The translations under genes and the position numbers were made by a program. Shown piece by piece: positions 13,267-28,900 of a DNA stretch of 64,000 bases. This DNA comes from Spongospora subterranea f. sp. subterranea (taxonomy: Eukaryota). Below the pieces are notes generated by a model that ran no database searches, was not told the origin of the DNA, and saw nothing but the letters and a program-made list of their open reading frames with translations. Position 1 is the stretch's first letter. Every line of letters begins with the position of its first letter. The stretch lies in contig JAUGWO010000129.1 of the NCBI GenBank assembly GCA_049724395.1, positions 1-64,000 on the forward strand. Direction: 5' to 3'.

Positions 13267-15240
13267 CGAAATCTTTTACGACCATTGGACTATTGGTCCT
13301 CACAGGCACCGACTTGATACCTGATCAAGCAATTGGTGATTGATCTGGATGGTTCAGAAACGAAACATTGACGAAATCCATTACGACCATTTGATTACTG
13401 ATCACCAAACGCTCCGACTTAACACCTGATCAAGCAATTGGTGATTGATCTGGATGGTTCAGAAACGAAACATTGACGAAATCCATTACGACCATTTGAT
13501 CACCACACGCTCCGACTTAACACCTGATCAAGCAATTGGTGATTGATCTGGATGGCTCAGAAACGAAACATTGACGAAATCCATTACGACCATTTGATCA
13601 CCACACGCTCCGACTTAACACCTGATCAAGCAATTGGTGATTGATCTGGATGGCTCAGAAACGAAACATTGACGAAATCCATTACGACCATTTGATTACT
13701 GGTCACCACACGCTCCGACTCAACACCTGATCAAGCAATTGGTGATTGATCTGGAGGGTTCAGACAACGAAACATTGACGAAATCCATTACGACCATTTG
13801 ATTACTGGTCACCACACGCTCTGACTCAACACCTGATCAAGCAATTGGTGATTGATCTGGATGGTTCAGAAACGAAACATTGACGAAATCCATTACGACC
13901 ATTTGATTACTGGTCACCACACGCTCCGACTCAACACCTGATCAAGCATTTGGTGATTGATCTGGATGGTTCAGAAACGAAACATTGACGAAATCCATTA
14001 CGACCATTTGATTACTGGTCACCAAACGCTCCGACTTAACACCTGATCAAGCAATCATTACGACCATTTGATTACTGGTCACCAAACGCTCCGACTTAAC
14101 ACCTGATCAAGCAATTGGCATTTGATCACCACACGCTCCGACTTAACACCTGATCAAGCAATTGGTGATTGATCTGGATGGTTCAGAAACGAAACATTGA
14201 CGAAATCCATTACGACCATTTGATTACTGGTCACCAAACGCTCCGACTTAACACCTGATCAAGCAATTGGTGATTGATCTGGATGGTTCAGAAACGAAAC
14301 ATAGACGAAATCCATTACGACCATTTGATCACCACACGCTCCGACTTAACACCTGATCAAGCAATTGGTGATTGATCTGGATGGCTCAGAAACGAAACAT
14401 TGACGAAATTACTGTCACCAAACGCTCCGACTTAACACCTGATCAAGCAATTGGTGATTGATCTGGAGGGTTCAGAAACGAAACATTGACGAAATCCATT
14501 ACGACCATTTGATCACCACACGCTCCGACTTAACACCTGATCAAGCAATTGGTGATTGATCTGGATGGCTCAGAAACGAAACATTGACGAAATCCATTAC
14601 GACCATTTGATTACTGGTCACCACACGCTCCGACTTAACACCTGATCAAGCAATTGGTGATTGATCTGGAGGGTTCAGAAACTAAACATTGACGAAATCC
14701 ATTACGACCATTTGATCACCACACGCTCCGACTTAACACCTGATCAAGCAATTGGTGATTGATCTGGATGGCTCAGAAACGAAACATTGACGAAATCCAT
14801 TACGACCATTTGATTACTGGTCACCAAACGCTCCGACTTAACACCTGATCAAGCAATTGGTGATTGATCTGGATGGCTCAGAAACGAATTGACGAAATCC
14901 ATTACGACCATTTGATCACCACACGCTCCGACTTAACCCCTGATCAAGCAATTGGTGATTGATCTGGATGGTTCAGAAACGAAACATTGACGAAATTACT
15001 GTCACCAAACGCTCCGACTTAACACCTGATCAAGCAATTGGTGATTGATCTGGAGGGTTCAGAAACGAACCATTGACGAAATCCATTACGACCATTTGAT
15101 TACTGGTCACCACACGCTCTGACTCAACACCTGATCAAGCAATTGGTGATTGATCTGGATGGTTCAGAAACGAAACATTGACGAAATCCATTACGACCAT
15201 TTGATTACTGGTCACCACACGCTCCGACTTAACACCTGAT
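13200..15240. repeat. Tandem array A, about 20 units of 105 bp with 98-bp and other deleted variants
   Basis: Consensus aacacctgatcaagcaattggtgattgatctggatggttcagaaacgaaacattgacgaaatccattacgaccatttgattactggtcaccacacgctccgactt. Confidence 0.97.
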
Positions 15241-15259
15241 GTGTGTGATTAACATTAGC

Positions 15260-17190
15260 GAATCCAGTACGACCATTGACTTCGTACTGGTTATCGTCCT
15301 CTCCACCTAACAACAGATCAAGCATATGGTGATTGATGTGGATGATTCAGAACACAAAACACTCAAGAAATCCATTACGACCATTGACTACGTACTGGTC
15401 ATCCTACTTTCCGCCCAACACCAAATCAAGCATATGGTAATTGATGTGGATGATTCATTGAGAACATTCAAGAAATCCATTACGACCATTGACTACCTAG
15501 TGGACATCAAACGCTCCGCCGCAAAACTGATCAAGCATATGGTAATTGATGTGGATGATTGAGAACATTCAAAAAATCCATTACGACCATTGACAACGTA
15601 CTGGTCATCAAACGCTCCGCCTCAACACCTGATCAAGCACATGGTGATTGATGTGGATGATCCAAAACACGAAACATTCAAGAAATCCAGTACGACCATT
15701 GACTACGTACTGGTCATCATGCTCTCCGCCCCAACACCTGATCAAGCATATGGTGATTGATATGGATGATTTAGAACACAAAACATTCATGGAAATCATT
15801 ACGACCATTGATTACGTACTGGTCATCCTACTCTCCGCCCTAACACCTGATCAAACATATGGTGATTGATGTGGATGATCCAGAACACGAAACATTCAAG
15901 AAATCCATTACGACCATTGATTACGTACTGGTCATCCTACTCTCCGCCCTAGCACCTGATCAAACATATGGTGATTGATGTGGATGATCCAGAACACGAA
16001 ACATTCAAGAAATCCATTACGACCATTGGCTAGGTACTGGACATCATACTCTCCATTACGACCATTGACTACGTACTGGACATCATACTCTCCGCGCTAG
16101 CACCTGATCAAACATATGGTGATTGATGTGGATGATTTAAATCCATTACGACCATTGATTACGTACTGGACAAGCACCTGATCAAGCATATGGTGATTGA
16201 TGTGGATAATTCAGAACACGAAACATTCAAGAAATCCATTACGACCACTGACTACGTACTGGAGATCATACTCTCCGCCCGAATACCTGATCAAACATAT
16301 GGTGATTGATGTGGATGATTCAGAACACGAAGATTTAAGAAAATCCATTACGACCATTAACTACGTACTGGACATGATACTCTCCGCGCTAGCACCTGAT
16401 CAAGCATATGGTGATTGATGTGGATAATCCAGAACACGAAACATTCAAGAAAATCCATTACGACCATTGACTACGTACTGGACATCATATGCTCCGCCCT
16501 AACACCTGATCAAGCATATGGTGATTGATGTGGATCAGAGCACAAAACATTCAAGAAATCCATTACGACCATTGACTACGTACTCGGACATCATACTGTC
16601 CTCCCTAACACCTGATCAAGCATATGGTGAATGATGTGGATGATTGAGAACATGAAACCCATTACGAACATTGACAAAGTACTGGTCATCCTACTCTCCG
16701 ACCTAACACCTGATCAAGCATATGGTGAATGATGTGGATGATTGAGAACATTCAAGAAATCCATTACGACCATTGACTACGTACTGGGCATCATACTCTC
16801 CGCGCTAGCACCTGATCAAACATATGGTGATTGATGTGGATGATTTAGAACACAAAACATTTATGAAATCCATTACGACCATTGATTACGTACTGGTCAT
16901 CCTACTCTCCGCCCCAACACCTGATCAAACATATGGTGATTGATGTGGATGATCCAGAGCACGAAACATTCAAGAAATCCATTACGACCATTGACTACGT
17001 ACTGGACATCATACTCTCCGCCTTAACACATGATCAAACATATGGTGATTGATGTGGATGATTTCGAGCACCATTACGACCATTGACTACGTACTGGACA
17101 CCATACTCTCCGCCCTAACACCTGATCAAATATATGGCGAGCACAAAACTTTGAAGAAACCTAACACCTGATCACGCAATTGGTGATTGG
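15260..17190. repeat. Tandem array B, about 18 units of ~109 bp, related to array A but more diverged
   Basis: Consensus aacacctgatcaa(g/a)catatggtgattgatgtggatgatccagaacacgaaacattcaagaaatccattacgaccattga(c/t)tacgtactgg(t/a)catc(a/c)tactctccgccct. Confidence 0.97.
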
Positions 17191-18851
17191 TTGGAAGTTT
17201 CATATGCGAAATGGACGAACTGATGACGATCACTGGTATTACACATCATCAGACTCTCCTCACCATCTGCTATTTAACAACTGATCAAGCAAGGTTAGGT
17301 ATGTTACACATCATCGCAATATTGCAAACCACACACTCGGCGGTGTCATCTAAAACCTGAGGCAAAAGGGTGACATACTCTATCATTGAACTATCGTATT
17401 ACACATTTTTACCATCCCAATCATAACAGGAAATTTAATTCAGAATTGAGAACAACAGGAATCAAGAAGACAAAACACTTCGCAAAGATGAAGTTGTCCT
17501 GGTTATCTTGTACAACGGACTGACATCTATTATTGTGCACGCATCAATACTCAAAACTGCATCCAATTTTGCTTATCTTTTTCGAGGTCGGTCTCTTGTA
17601 GCAACATTTGTTGCTTAGGCGAACTTCAGCAGCTCTTTCGGGGTATCTTGTATTTAGATTTAGCGACTGGACTTGAGATTTTCCTGTCTTGTGGCACCGC
17701 TGCTGTGTCGGATTGCGATTATCCAGGTATCTACTACTATGGGCACATCAATTTTGAGTACGGAATTTCATTATGCTTATCTTATCAAGAAATCTGCCTC
17801 CAGCTTGACATTGGTCACGACAGCGTTTGGTCGTTCAGATAGGGTCAATTCGCTGAATAACGATATTATCATGCTGGCGAGACACCGCAAATAATGTGTG
17901 CACAGACATGTTATCTTTACCACCCTCATTCTCATTCCACCGCATCACCATATTTTCAACTTATGGGGGGGGGATCATCAACATGCCAGCGACATGGGCT
18001 GAACGATTTCGCCTTCGGTTGTCGTGACTGCATTCAGCCTGTGCCAAACAGGATTGTTATGTCAACGACGATATTTACCATCCTTCGGTATTGATGTCGT
18101 AATGTGATTCGAGGAGCAATTTACATATCATTAAGGAGCAGATCAGCGTAAATTTGATGTGGCCCTGACCCGATATGTCATCAGTAAGATGCCATCGCTC
18201 TACGAATCTTGATCTAGCCGTATTGCCACCTCTACTATTGCATTTTGGGAAGTTGAAAGTTTCAAGGATGCTTACCTTCTACACCAATACCTGCGTGATC
18301 ACTGTTCCCACTACCCGATGGTTACATTTTTGCCAGAAGCATGGTCAGCGTTGTTCATTACTACTGAAAGAAATGAGTCAATAGGAAGATGTGGCTGATC
18401 ATTCCACTTGAGTCACTTGACCCACAACACCCTCGCCAACGACTGGCAATTCGCGTTGCAGAAATTGCGAAAATTCCATGAAATTCCATGACTCATCGGC
18501 AGCAGGCCTTAGCACGTTACCGGTTTTGCCTGATCAACATAAATGACCTCGCCAACGTGTCCTGTACCGGTCGTTCAATTCCGTCCAGTTTCCTCTCCCT
18601 TGCAACACGAATTGATGGTTGATCACCGACGTGGTCATTTCAATACAGCCGATCCACTTGTCTCCGACCCAAATTGTGATTGTGATCAAACTGATCGCCC
18701 TCTGTCGTTCCACTGTCACCTACTGTATCGTTACGATAGCGATCCCGTTTCACACTCATTGTTGTTACTTGTGTGTCGGACCAATGACATCAAGTCGTAC
18801 AGGCGACTACAGTAGGTATCGCTTAATCAGTATTGGACCAGTTTTAATCAT

Positions 18852-20996
18852 TCACATCGAGACAGCTCCACCGGTAAACGGATTGATGCGGTCGCGAACG
18901 GCGGCGATAATTTCTGGCCGGGGAGATGCCATGGATTTGACGACTTCCGTCCAAGAATCTAGCATTCGCTTTTGCGCCAGAATCGTGTGCTTACTTTCAG
19001 TTTGAGCTTGACTCCATTTTCCATATACCAGCCCGGCACTCTCTAGGAGCCGTGGTGATAGTGGGTTTTCATCTTTACCTACAGTGAAGCGATCTCGAAA
19101 AATATCATCGGCGATTTGTTTTGCGACGTTCAAGACATCGTTGTTTTCGATATTCGAAGTGGATGATGTTATAACGTTGAATAGGTCAATTTTGGCCCTA
19201 TATGTGTCGATAAATAGCATGAATTCCCAAGAGGACGGCGAGTGCAGTACTGGATCGAATGGAGGGAGCTTGGGCATCGCCTTGAAGCTATCCACGAAGA
19301 ACGTATTCGAAACTGGGATCGATCGATGGAGGGCGCGGAGACATAATCCCCAGGGAAGTAGTACGAGATCACGCTGAGCGGCGACATCAGGTGGAGCACC
19401 CCCACAGAAGAATATATTGTTGCCGAGTTCTGCTACATTATGCTCGAGGAGCTTGGCGACACTGAAGTCTGGCTGCGGATGCGGATTATTTATCCAGGAT
19501 CGAGGGAATTTTACATGAGATATTTCATCATGATATGCATGAAAAAACCAAGGTGAAAGCAAGAATCCTGTATTTATGGTAGTGACATCAGGACGTAACA
19601 TCTCGCAATCCTGAAGATAGCGAAACAAAGTAATGTTCAGATCGCCGTTAACAAACAGTAGTGAATAAAGAGGAAACGATTCGATTGTTGCGCGAGCAAA
19701 TGATTCCAGAAGCGACGAAGAAGCCATAGCCATCATCCTAATACCGGAAGAGGAGGCGATATAGGCAGCAACAAGGAACATGGCAGACGGTTGTGATATG
19801 TGCTCGGGCAGGGTGCCAAACCCAATGCCACCGAACAAAAAAACAATCAAATCAGTCTGTTGCCAAAACCGAGAGATAACAGCCACATTCAATGGCACCT
19901 CAACACTGGAATTAACCAATGAGCAGAATATTACGACGTACACGATGAAGGTGATAACTATTGATCGAGCGGCAACAGCGACGTCTTCTTCGTCGTGACG
20001 CCAAGCGTGGATAACACCAACAACTGCAAGTGCGGATGTGATCAATAAAGCAGGAGTTGAACAATAATGTTGGAACAGCAATGGAAACACATTAACGAAG
20101 TTGCTCAAGAAAGCAAAATCATCGTCCGGTGATTGCGCCAATTTGAACGTGCCATAATCCGATCGCAATACGTGACGAAGAAACCCACGAAGGCTTGTCT
20201 GATCACCCCAGGATTGCCATATCTTTGAAGTAGAAGCGATAGGGATGTACAGATATGGCATTAACCCAAGAAGGAAGCTCCCAGCAATTTGGAAGAGAGG
20301 ACGGAGCCTGATGATTGCTTTGCGGTGGTGCGTTAGAACCATGGCAGCAATAGGAATGATGAATAGGATGGATGTGTGCTGATTACACAGCGCCAATCCA
20401 GATATGAATGCAGACAGATGAATATATCTCAAGTTGACCGGAGTCGTAAAGCACGAGAACGTGAGACGAAGTAAGACAGATATTGCTAAAATGTGAAGAG
20501 GGAAAACCTCAGCCTGGACGCCATATTCCCTAAAAAATTATCAATACCTTGGTACAGGGATAGAACGACATCGTACCAGACAATTGGTGATAATGTAAAC
20601 ATAGTGGCAACTGTGGCGCCGATGTATTTGTTAGTAAACCGAGGGTATAATGTGGAAAATAATTGATACGAAGCTGATATGGATAAGATGCAACTCAAAG
20701 CATGGAGACATATAGCCGGGGACGTGAAAAAAGATATCGTCAATCGTAGCCATATGCCATAAATCATTGTAAATAATGGATCTAGAAGGCATACAATTTT
20801 CAGATGATGTCGTTATGCTGAGGAACAGCAAAAAATTACAGCCGGGTGGATGAGGAATGGATCCAGTGCATGCACATGCAGCAAGCTCGCCGGAATCGCC
20901 ACCGGTCATATACCTTGGCGCCGTTAACAGCAGCACAATGGCTAGAAGAATAAACATGACGCGGGCATCCATTGCAAAACGATCAGGAGTTTTCAT
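18852..20996 (-). CDS. TMEM260: TMEM260/DUF2723 membrane protein O-mannosyltransferase-like (about 3 exons)
   Basis: GGDSGELAACACTGSIPHPPG, GLALCNQHTSILF, LLGLMPYLYIP, SWGDQTSLRGFLRHVLRSDYGTF, RFWQQ, YLQDCEMLRPDV. Confidence 0.9.
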
Positions 20997-21665
20997 GTAC
21001 CGCTAAGTTTATTGGCCTTTAAGTAGGGAGAACTCCGAAGTATAGAAAGGTACTCGCCGACAATAGGCAAGATATCGCGACATTGGTTTTTATTAACTGG
21101 AGAGCATTATCATGGAACTGTCGTCTACAGATTTACCGTCCTACTCAAAAGCAATCATGGCATGGGATGTTAATGAGACATTGTGTTTATGAACAATGTG
21201 AAAAGCGTTTCTGCGAACTGGAAGATGTGAGATTGTATGGGAAAACAGTCACCCGGTGCGGTCAGAATAAGAAAGCTGTAGGCACCGAACTTTCCCAAAC
21301 ACATATACGCGGGCAATGGATACGACACTCTTAGGTGCTGAATGAACAGCGTTCATGATGCGATTTGCCATAAATGTCAATCGGTTAATTAACCGCTAAA
21401 CAGCAACTGGAAAAAAGGGTCAACAGCGAGACAATCAGTCTGATGGAAACTGAAGCAGAACACTGGAGCGTGCGCTGGGTCGGTAGTGGAACTCAGGCAC
21501 AAGTTTGGAAAGGGTTGGGCTGAGGGCGGGGTGTACTGTATGTATGAGGAATTCCCCATGAGGTGCGGTGCGACCTCCTCACTTGTCAGGGGGGTTGCAT
21601 ATCTCTTGGCACTATCTTGGGTGGTTGGCGCCAGGATTCAAGCAGGGCTCCTCGTTAATACAGCA

Positions 21666-22791
<1,126 letters not shown>

Positions 22792-22843
22792 GCATTTTCG
22801 AGTCAACCCCAGCCATCAATAAAACATCACTGTGCAAATATAA

Positions 22844-23788
<945 letters not shown>

Positions 23789-24399
23789 CTATAAAACAGC
23801 TACGTATTTCATCCTATTTATCGACGCCACGATTTGAGGAATGAGCAGTCCAACAGCGGACTCATATACCGTAACCAACAGAGTGTTAATGTTCCTCACC
23901 TTATCTGAGACTTACAATGGGTTGACTTGTGTTGCCAGCATTAGTGTATGTATGGACTTGATTCTCGATACAGAGGAGGCTGCAAGTTGCCACCTGCCAT
24001 GAATGGTGCAGGGAAGGTCCATCTGGTGGTCTTAAGAACATGAAGGCGAATACAGGTGGCACTACAGGAAGGACAACACCTCATTGTACTGTACTTTAAC
24101 TGAAACTGACTAACATTTGACTTTGAAACGACTGTACTGTATTGCATGGAACGGAGTCAAACCTGGCACTTCACGTGTCGAGAACCAGTAAATAGTGTTC
24201 ATACAAAAAAAACGTTTGAAACTTGTACTGTGGCTCTTTCAGGTCCAGCATCTTTGGTTGAAAATTGGTCTAGCTAAGAGTCCCAAACCACTTCAGTGGC
24301 TAAAATGCGTTGCGAAACTGGCAAACTTGTTTTTTTGCCTATTGTTGCCAAAACCTTCGGACTGATGCATGAATATATTCTCTTGTACCTCGTCGTTAA

Positions 24400-24877
24400 G
24401 GAATGCATGCTCTCGATTGTGTTGGGCAACTATGGCGCATATGTCGATGACATCTTATTTGCCCACAACGATACTTTTGCCAAGAGGTCATCAATCAGAT
24501 TTGATCGAGGTTTGACATTGCTGATCGAGGAGTTCAGCTCGATTTCTCGGCCTAGAACTCACCAAATGAGGAGACCGTATCGGACTAAGAAGAATCCGTA
24601 AATTAGACTGAGAAACTTGCGATTCGCGGTTTGAAGAAGTTTCCTCAGTTTTAGCTAAGGCCATGTTATGCGCCGACATCACCTAACGAAGACCCGGTTG
24701 TGGCATATGCAATGTTCGTAAGAGCAGCGGATGATAGCGAGTTTAACACCACAATCAATGGTTAACCCAAACAGCTGAGAATAGCGAAACTGAGGGGACC
24801 TCGATTCGCGAATCACAGGTTTCCCAGTCTAAGACTCATTTACTTAGTCTGCTAACTGCCGCAGATGGTCTTCTCAT
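24400..24877 (+). mobile_element. Ty1/copia-like reverse transcriptase relic followed by a diverged inverted repeat
   Basis: GAYVDDILFAHND motif at ~24433-24472. Arms at about 24566-24657 and 24782-24877. Confidence 0.55.
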
Positions 24878-24990
24878 CGGGCCACGCGTGGCAAGAACTG
24901 ACCACCGCTCAATGTGATTGACAATCGATCCGGTCTTCTCTGCGCTATTGTACGTTTGAAGTCCGTAGGGACCAAAGGCCCATCCTGAAT

Positions 24991-25906
24991 ATGAAGCCCA
25001 GCGAAGTTTGGATACGAGGGGAGCAGGATGAGAAAAATCCGGTGGCGTTTGAGATGCCAGATGGATTACCGATTAAGCTGACAAATGGGCCGCCTCTGTC
25101 AGCAGAGGAGCATTTACTACAGGTTCGTCGGGAGGCTGAAAGGTTGCCAGATGTATTTCAGGCCAAGCTCCCTTTGCCGGATAGTTCGCGGAGGAAGTCT
25201 GCTGGTATTAAACGGAAATCTGCTTACGTGCCAATGTCGGCACACGAGCGACTGCCTAACCCGCAATGGTCTATGGAATTCACTTTAAGATTTCAGCAAC
25301 TTCGGCGCTCATTTTCGATGATGGCCTCACAACCAAAATCACCTCAACCGACCATCCACCGGACTCCTCTACCTCATCCCAACAAACAGCAAGGCATGGA
25401 GACAACGCATCCTTGACGAGAGAATGTTTCCGACATTGACTGAGATGCTGATACTGGGTACGAAATCGAGCTACAACCGGTTGCTGCTCAACTGTAACCT
25501 GTTGTGTTTTTCAGATCAGGTTGCAGCCAGATCTGCGGTTTCGTATATCTCAGATGTTGTACATCCAGATAGTGGGGGTGCTCTCAATCAATCACTGTTT
25601 AAATGGTTATGGGCGCTGCTATTACATCTGGAACAGCCGTTATTAGCCGAAACATCTGCTGTTTTGTGTAGCCTGTACAGGTCGTTAGCCACACGTCGCG
25701 CTGTTTCTGTAATGATAACGCTCGAATATTTGAATGACTTTTTGATCGTTGACAACTGTTAGGAGAATATTTCTGACGAAACCATTGCGAATATCAATAT
25801 CATACTTTGCATTGTGCAACATATTTTCGGTCAGTCAATCCCAATGGATTCAACATCTCATCATTTGGCAAAACCAAGCCCAACAACAGAAGAGGCAAAT
25901 GGTTAA
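24991..25906 (+). CDS. GEMIN2: Gemin2/SIP1 (SMN complex)
   Basis: PPLSAEEHLLQVRREAERLPDV, PNPQW...F..LR, WLWALLLHLEQPLLAETSAVL, NIILCIVQHIFGQ. Apparent 1-nt frameshift near 25390-25395. Confidence 0.85.
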
Positions 25907-25946
25907 CAAATTAGGAAAAATATAATTTAAAGAAGTTTTTATGTAA

Positions 25947-28900
25947 TTAATGTACTTTAGAAGCTGTTGTTGGCGAAAATTTGCTTTGTAGATATTTTGC
26001 GATGCTGACAGGGAGGGTAGCACAGCATGTTATGAGCGATACTTTCCACACAAATTCAAAACTCAGCACAAACACGATATCGATTTGGTTCTTGAGCACA
26101 GAAATTGAAATTAAGTATAGAAACAGAGATGCAACTTCGCATATGACCATAGTCACCGTCCAATGGTGGATTTCGAACGCCACATTGAGTAGTTCAGACA
26201 AAATCAAAGACGTGAAAGTAATGGCAACAACATTCAAAAACTTGTCCTCAAACAGAATCATTCCCAAAAGCATAATCACTGATCCTTGATACACGGATAC
26301 CAAGACCCAGACTAAAAACGTCTTATAAGAAAGAGGACGGCTTTTTTGGAGATCTTGGTATAGCTCTGGATAAAGGTTGACTACGTCTTCATGGACGTCT
26401 TGATCTAAAACAAGGGCGCACACGGGCAATTGTGTGAAAAGAGTTGCATATCCCACATATAACCAGCCTGAACAGAATTTAAAACATGCAAAATACAAAT
26501 GAAGACCCATGTCTACCAGTATATATCGGTATTGTAGCCCAGTAGAACAGCGATGAGAATACAGCTTGTATAACCGAGATGATGATACCGCGATGCATAA
26601 CGAACTGACTCATGCGAGCACTTCTATAATATGAATTTCTGCCATGCCTATTGCAAAAGTCAACAACCTCAACCACAATATGCTTTGCCCTTGCTGAAGT
26701 ACCAAAGTATTAGCCTTTGAATGTATGAAAACTGATTGACAGAAAAATCAGCTGCTAAAGAAGCCTGCTTCCCTTCGAGTCCAACAATTCCAATTCCAAC
26801 GTGAGCAGCCTAAAAGAACTTGTAAACTTCAAGTTATGAAAGTACCAAAAAAATTACCTGGATCATGGAGACATCATTGCCACCATCGCCAATTGCTGCA
26901 CAACGGCGTTTCGTATACTCAGCAACCAAATTAACGACCTGTAGATTATAAATTGGCAAATAATTATTGTAATTAGCGACGCTTTAAACCTGCGCTTTCT
27001 GAGTGGGTGAACACCGGCAACAAATGACTGCAGGTGCTTGACAGGCCATTTCAATAAACTGGTTTGGAGACCACTCAAGTAACAAAGCAAGCGATGGACC
27101 ATCGATCAGAACTGCAGTGGAACTTGTTCGCGTTCCAAACAGATCGAGGCGATGACATGCCTCCCTTCTATTGGAAGCAATAATGTGGAACACCTTGCAT
27201 CACTGGGGTTGATAGAAATCAACGGACTTCGCGAGAAAAAAGTTACCTGTTGATTTCTGTCGACTAACCGCGCAGACCTTCCAATACATTCAGCAGTCTC
27301 CGCTTTGTCCCCAGTTAACATCCAAATTTTGATTCCTGCGTTTCGCAGGGTTTCTAAGGTCGTTTTTACACCTATGACACAAGGTTTGCATGAAAGCAAT
27401 AAAACCATGTCAATCGAAAGACCTGGTTGTAATTTATCTTCAACACCCGTAACACCATATAAGGTTAGGTTGATTTCCAGTATCTGAACGACAGCGCGAA
27501 CAGCGGCATCGCGACCCCTAAGTTGGCCTCTGGCAATTGAGTACTTTTGTGACCAAGCTTCGTATTCCTCTAAGGAAAGAATACGCCCGCCAAACACTAA
27601 TGTTCGGAGACCTTCGCGAGCAAGCTGTTCAACTTCTTCATCAAGCCAATCAGATTGTTCCACTCTAGTCCTCATTACAGACTGCAAAACTAACAGTGAG
27701 CGATGACAACAACAAAGGATACAGGCAGCGCACCTCGGCTCCTTTAAGATAAAAATATATTTCACCAGTTAACACTGAACGCACAACAATACCCATGCGC
27801 TTGGATTCAGATGTAAAAGGGAAAATATTCAGAACATCGTATTCAAGCATTTCTCGACTAGGTAACCGAAGCGATATTTTCTTTGGCGTGCGTGACTCCA
27901 GCACGATATCCAACGATTCAACAAAGCGAACTAGTGCTACCTATGATGACGAGTAAGTATGGTTTCCCAACTTTTTCAGGTGAAAACCTCGTCAGGCGAT
28001 GAAGCTTGCAAGGTTCTCTTGCAAGTATCTTGATCGACAACCGGAGTAACATTATGACACAAGGCAATCCCAAGAACACATGCTTGAAGGGCGTGATCAG
28101 CTTCAATTCTGCGCCGTCGTTCGTATCGTGAAACCTGATAATCATTGACTGACATGAACGAAGGGGCGTACTAATCTAACGTCAAACCTCATCGAGTTCG
28201 GAATTACTGTCATCGCCTCCAAAAGAGCGATATATCGATTCTTTGGTTGCAGAAAGCGTTTCAGGATGGTGTGCCCATGGCGGACGCAATTGAAGCTTTT
28301 TGAAAAGCATCACTGTAGATAATATCAACGAAGGAAATAACTGTTGCTGAAACCCCAACCATTCTGGGTTAATGTCCCGGTTTTGTCGGAAAAAAGATAG
28401 GAAATTCTTCCCAGCTCTTCTGGTATGGTAGATGTACGGACCACAGTATCTTCAATATTGCTATCTGATTAGGAAGGTAAGAAGAAATTCTAATGAAGCT
28501 TAGGTTGATACCTTTCATAATTTGGTAAGAATACAGAGTCTTGGCCATATCCAGGTTTACACGAAGTGATATAGGGATAATAGCGGAGAATAGAAGAACG
28601 AAACGGAAAAGCACTATGGGCCAGCGACCGTATAACCCTTGGCAACAGTATTGGTCATTATGACATGTACGAAAAAAACATTACCTTTCATAGTGACCAT
28701 TACGAACGCTAAAATTATTGTCATCACAAAGAGAAGCTTAGAAATCGAGTTGAGCTCTAAATCAACCAATCCCATTTTTGTTGAAGGAGTGTTAGCATTC
28801 ATGACAGCTCTGGTTTCGCTTCCTGTGTATATAACACATCCGACAACTTACCGGCAAAATAAGTACTAGAAATAAAGTTACTGAAACAAAATACCTGATC

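Noticed and set aside
15326..16418. Plus-strand ORFs in the array (MVIDVDD.., MMWMIQ..) as real proteins, or TGA read-through of the 105-bp unit
   Set aside because: The ~109-bp unit shifts frame each copy, array A has both TGA and TAA in frame, and other genes here use TGA as a normal stop.
13200..17190. CRISPR array
   Set aside because: The whole unit is repeated, there are no unique spacers and no cas genes, and the context is eukaryotic.
17460..18800. Gene or TE in the region after the array
   Set aside because: Only short ORFs with no recognisable motif; possibly a decayed element, but unsupported.
21486..21665. N-terminal extension of cytochrome c1
   Set aside because: It starts at a non-ATG codon, whereas the ATG at 21666 begins a typical presequence.
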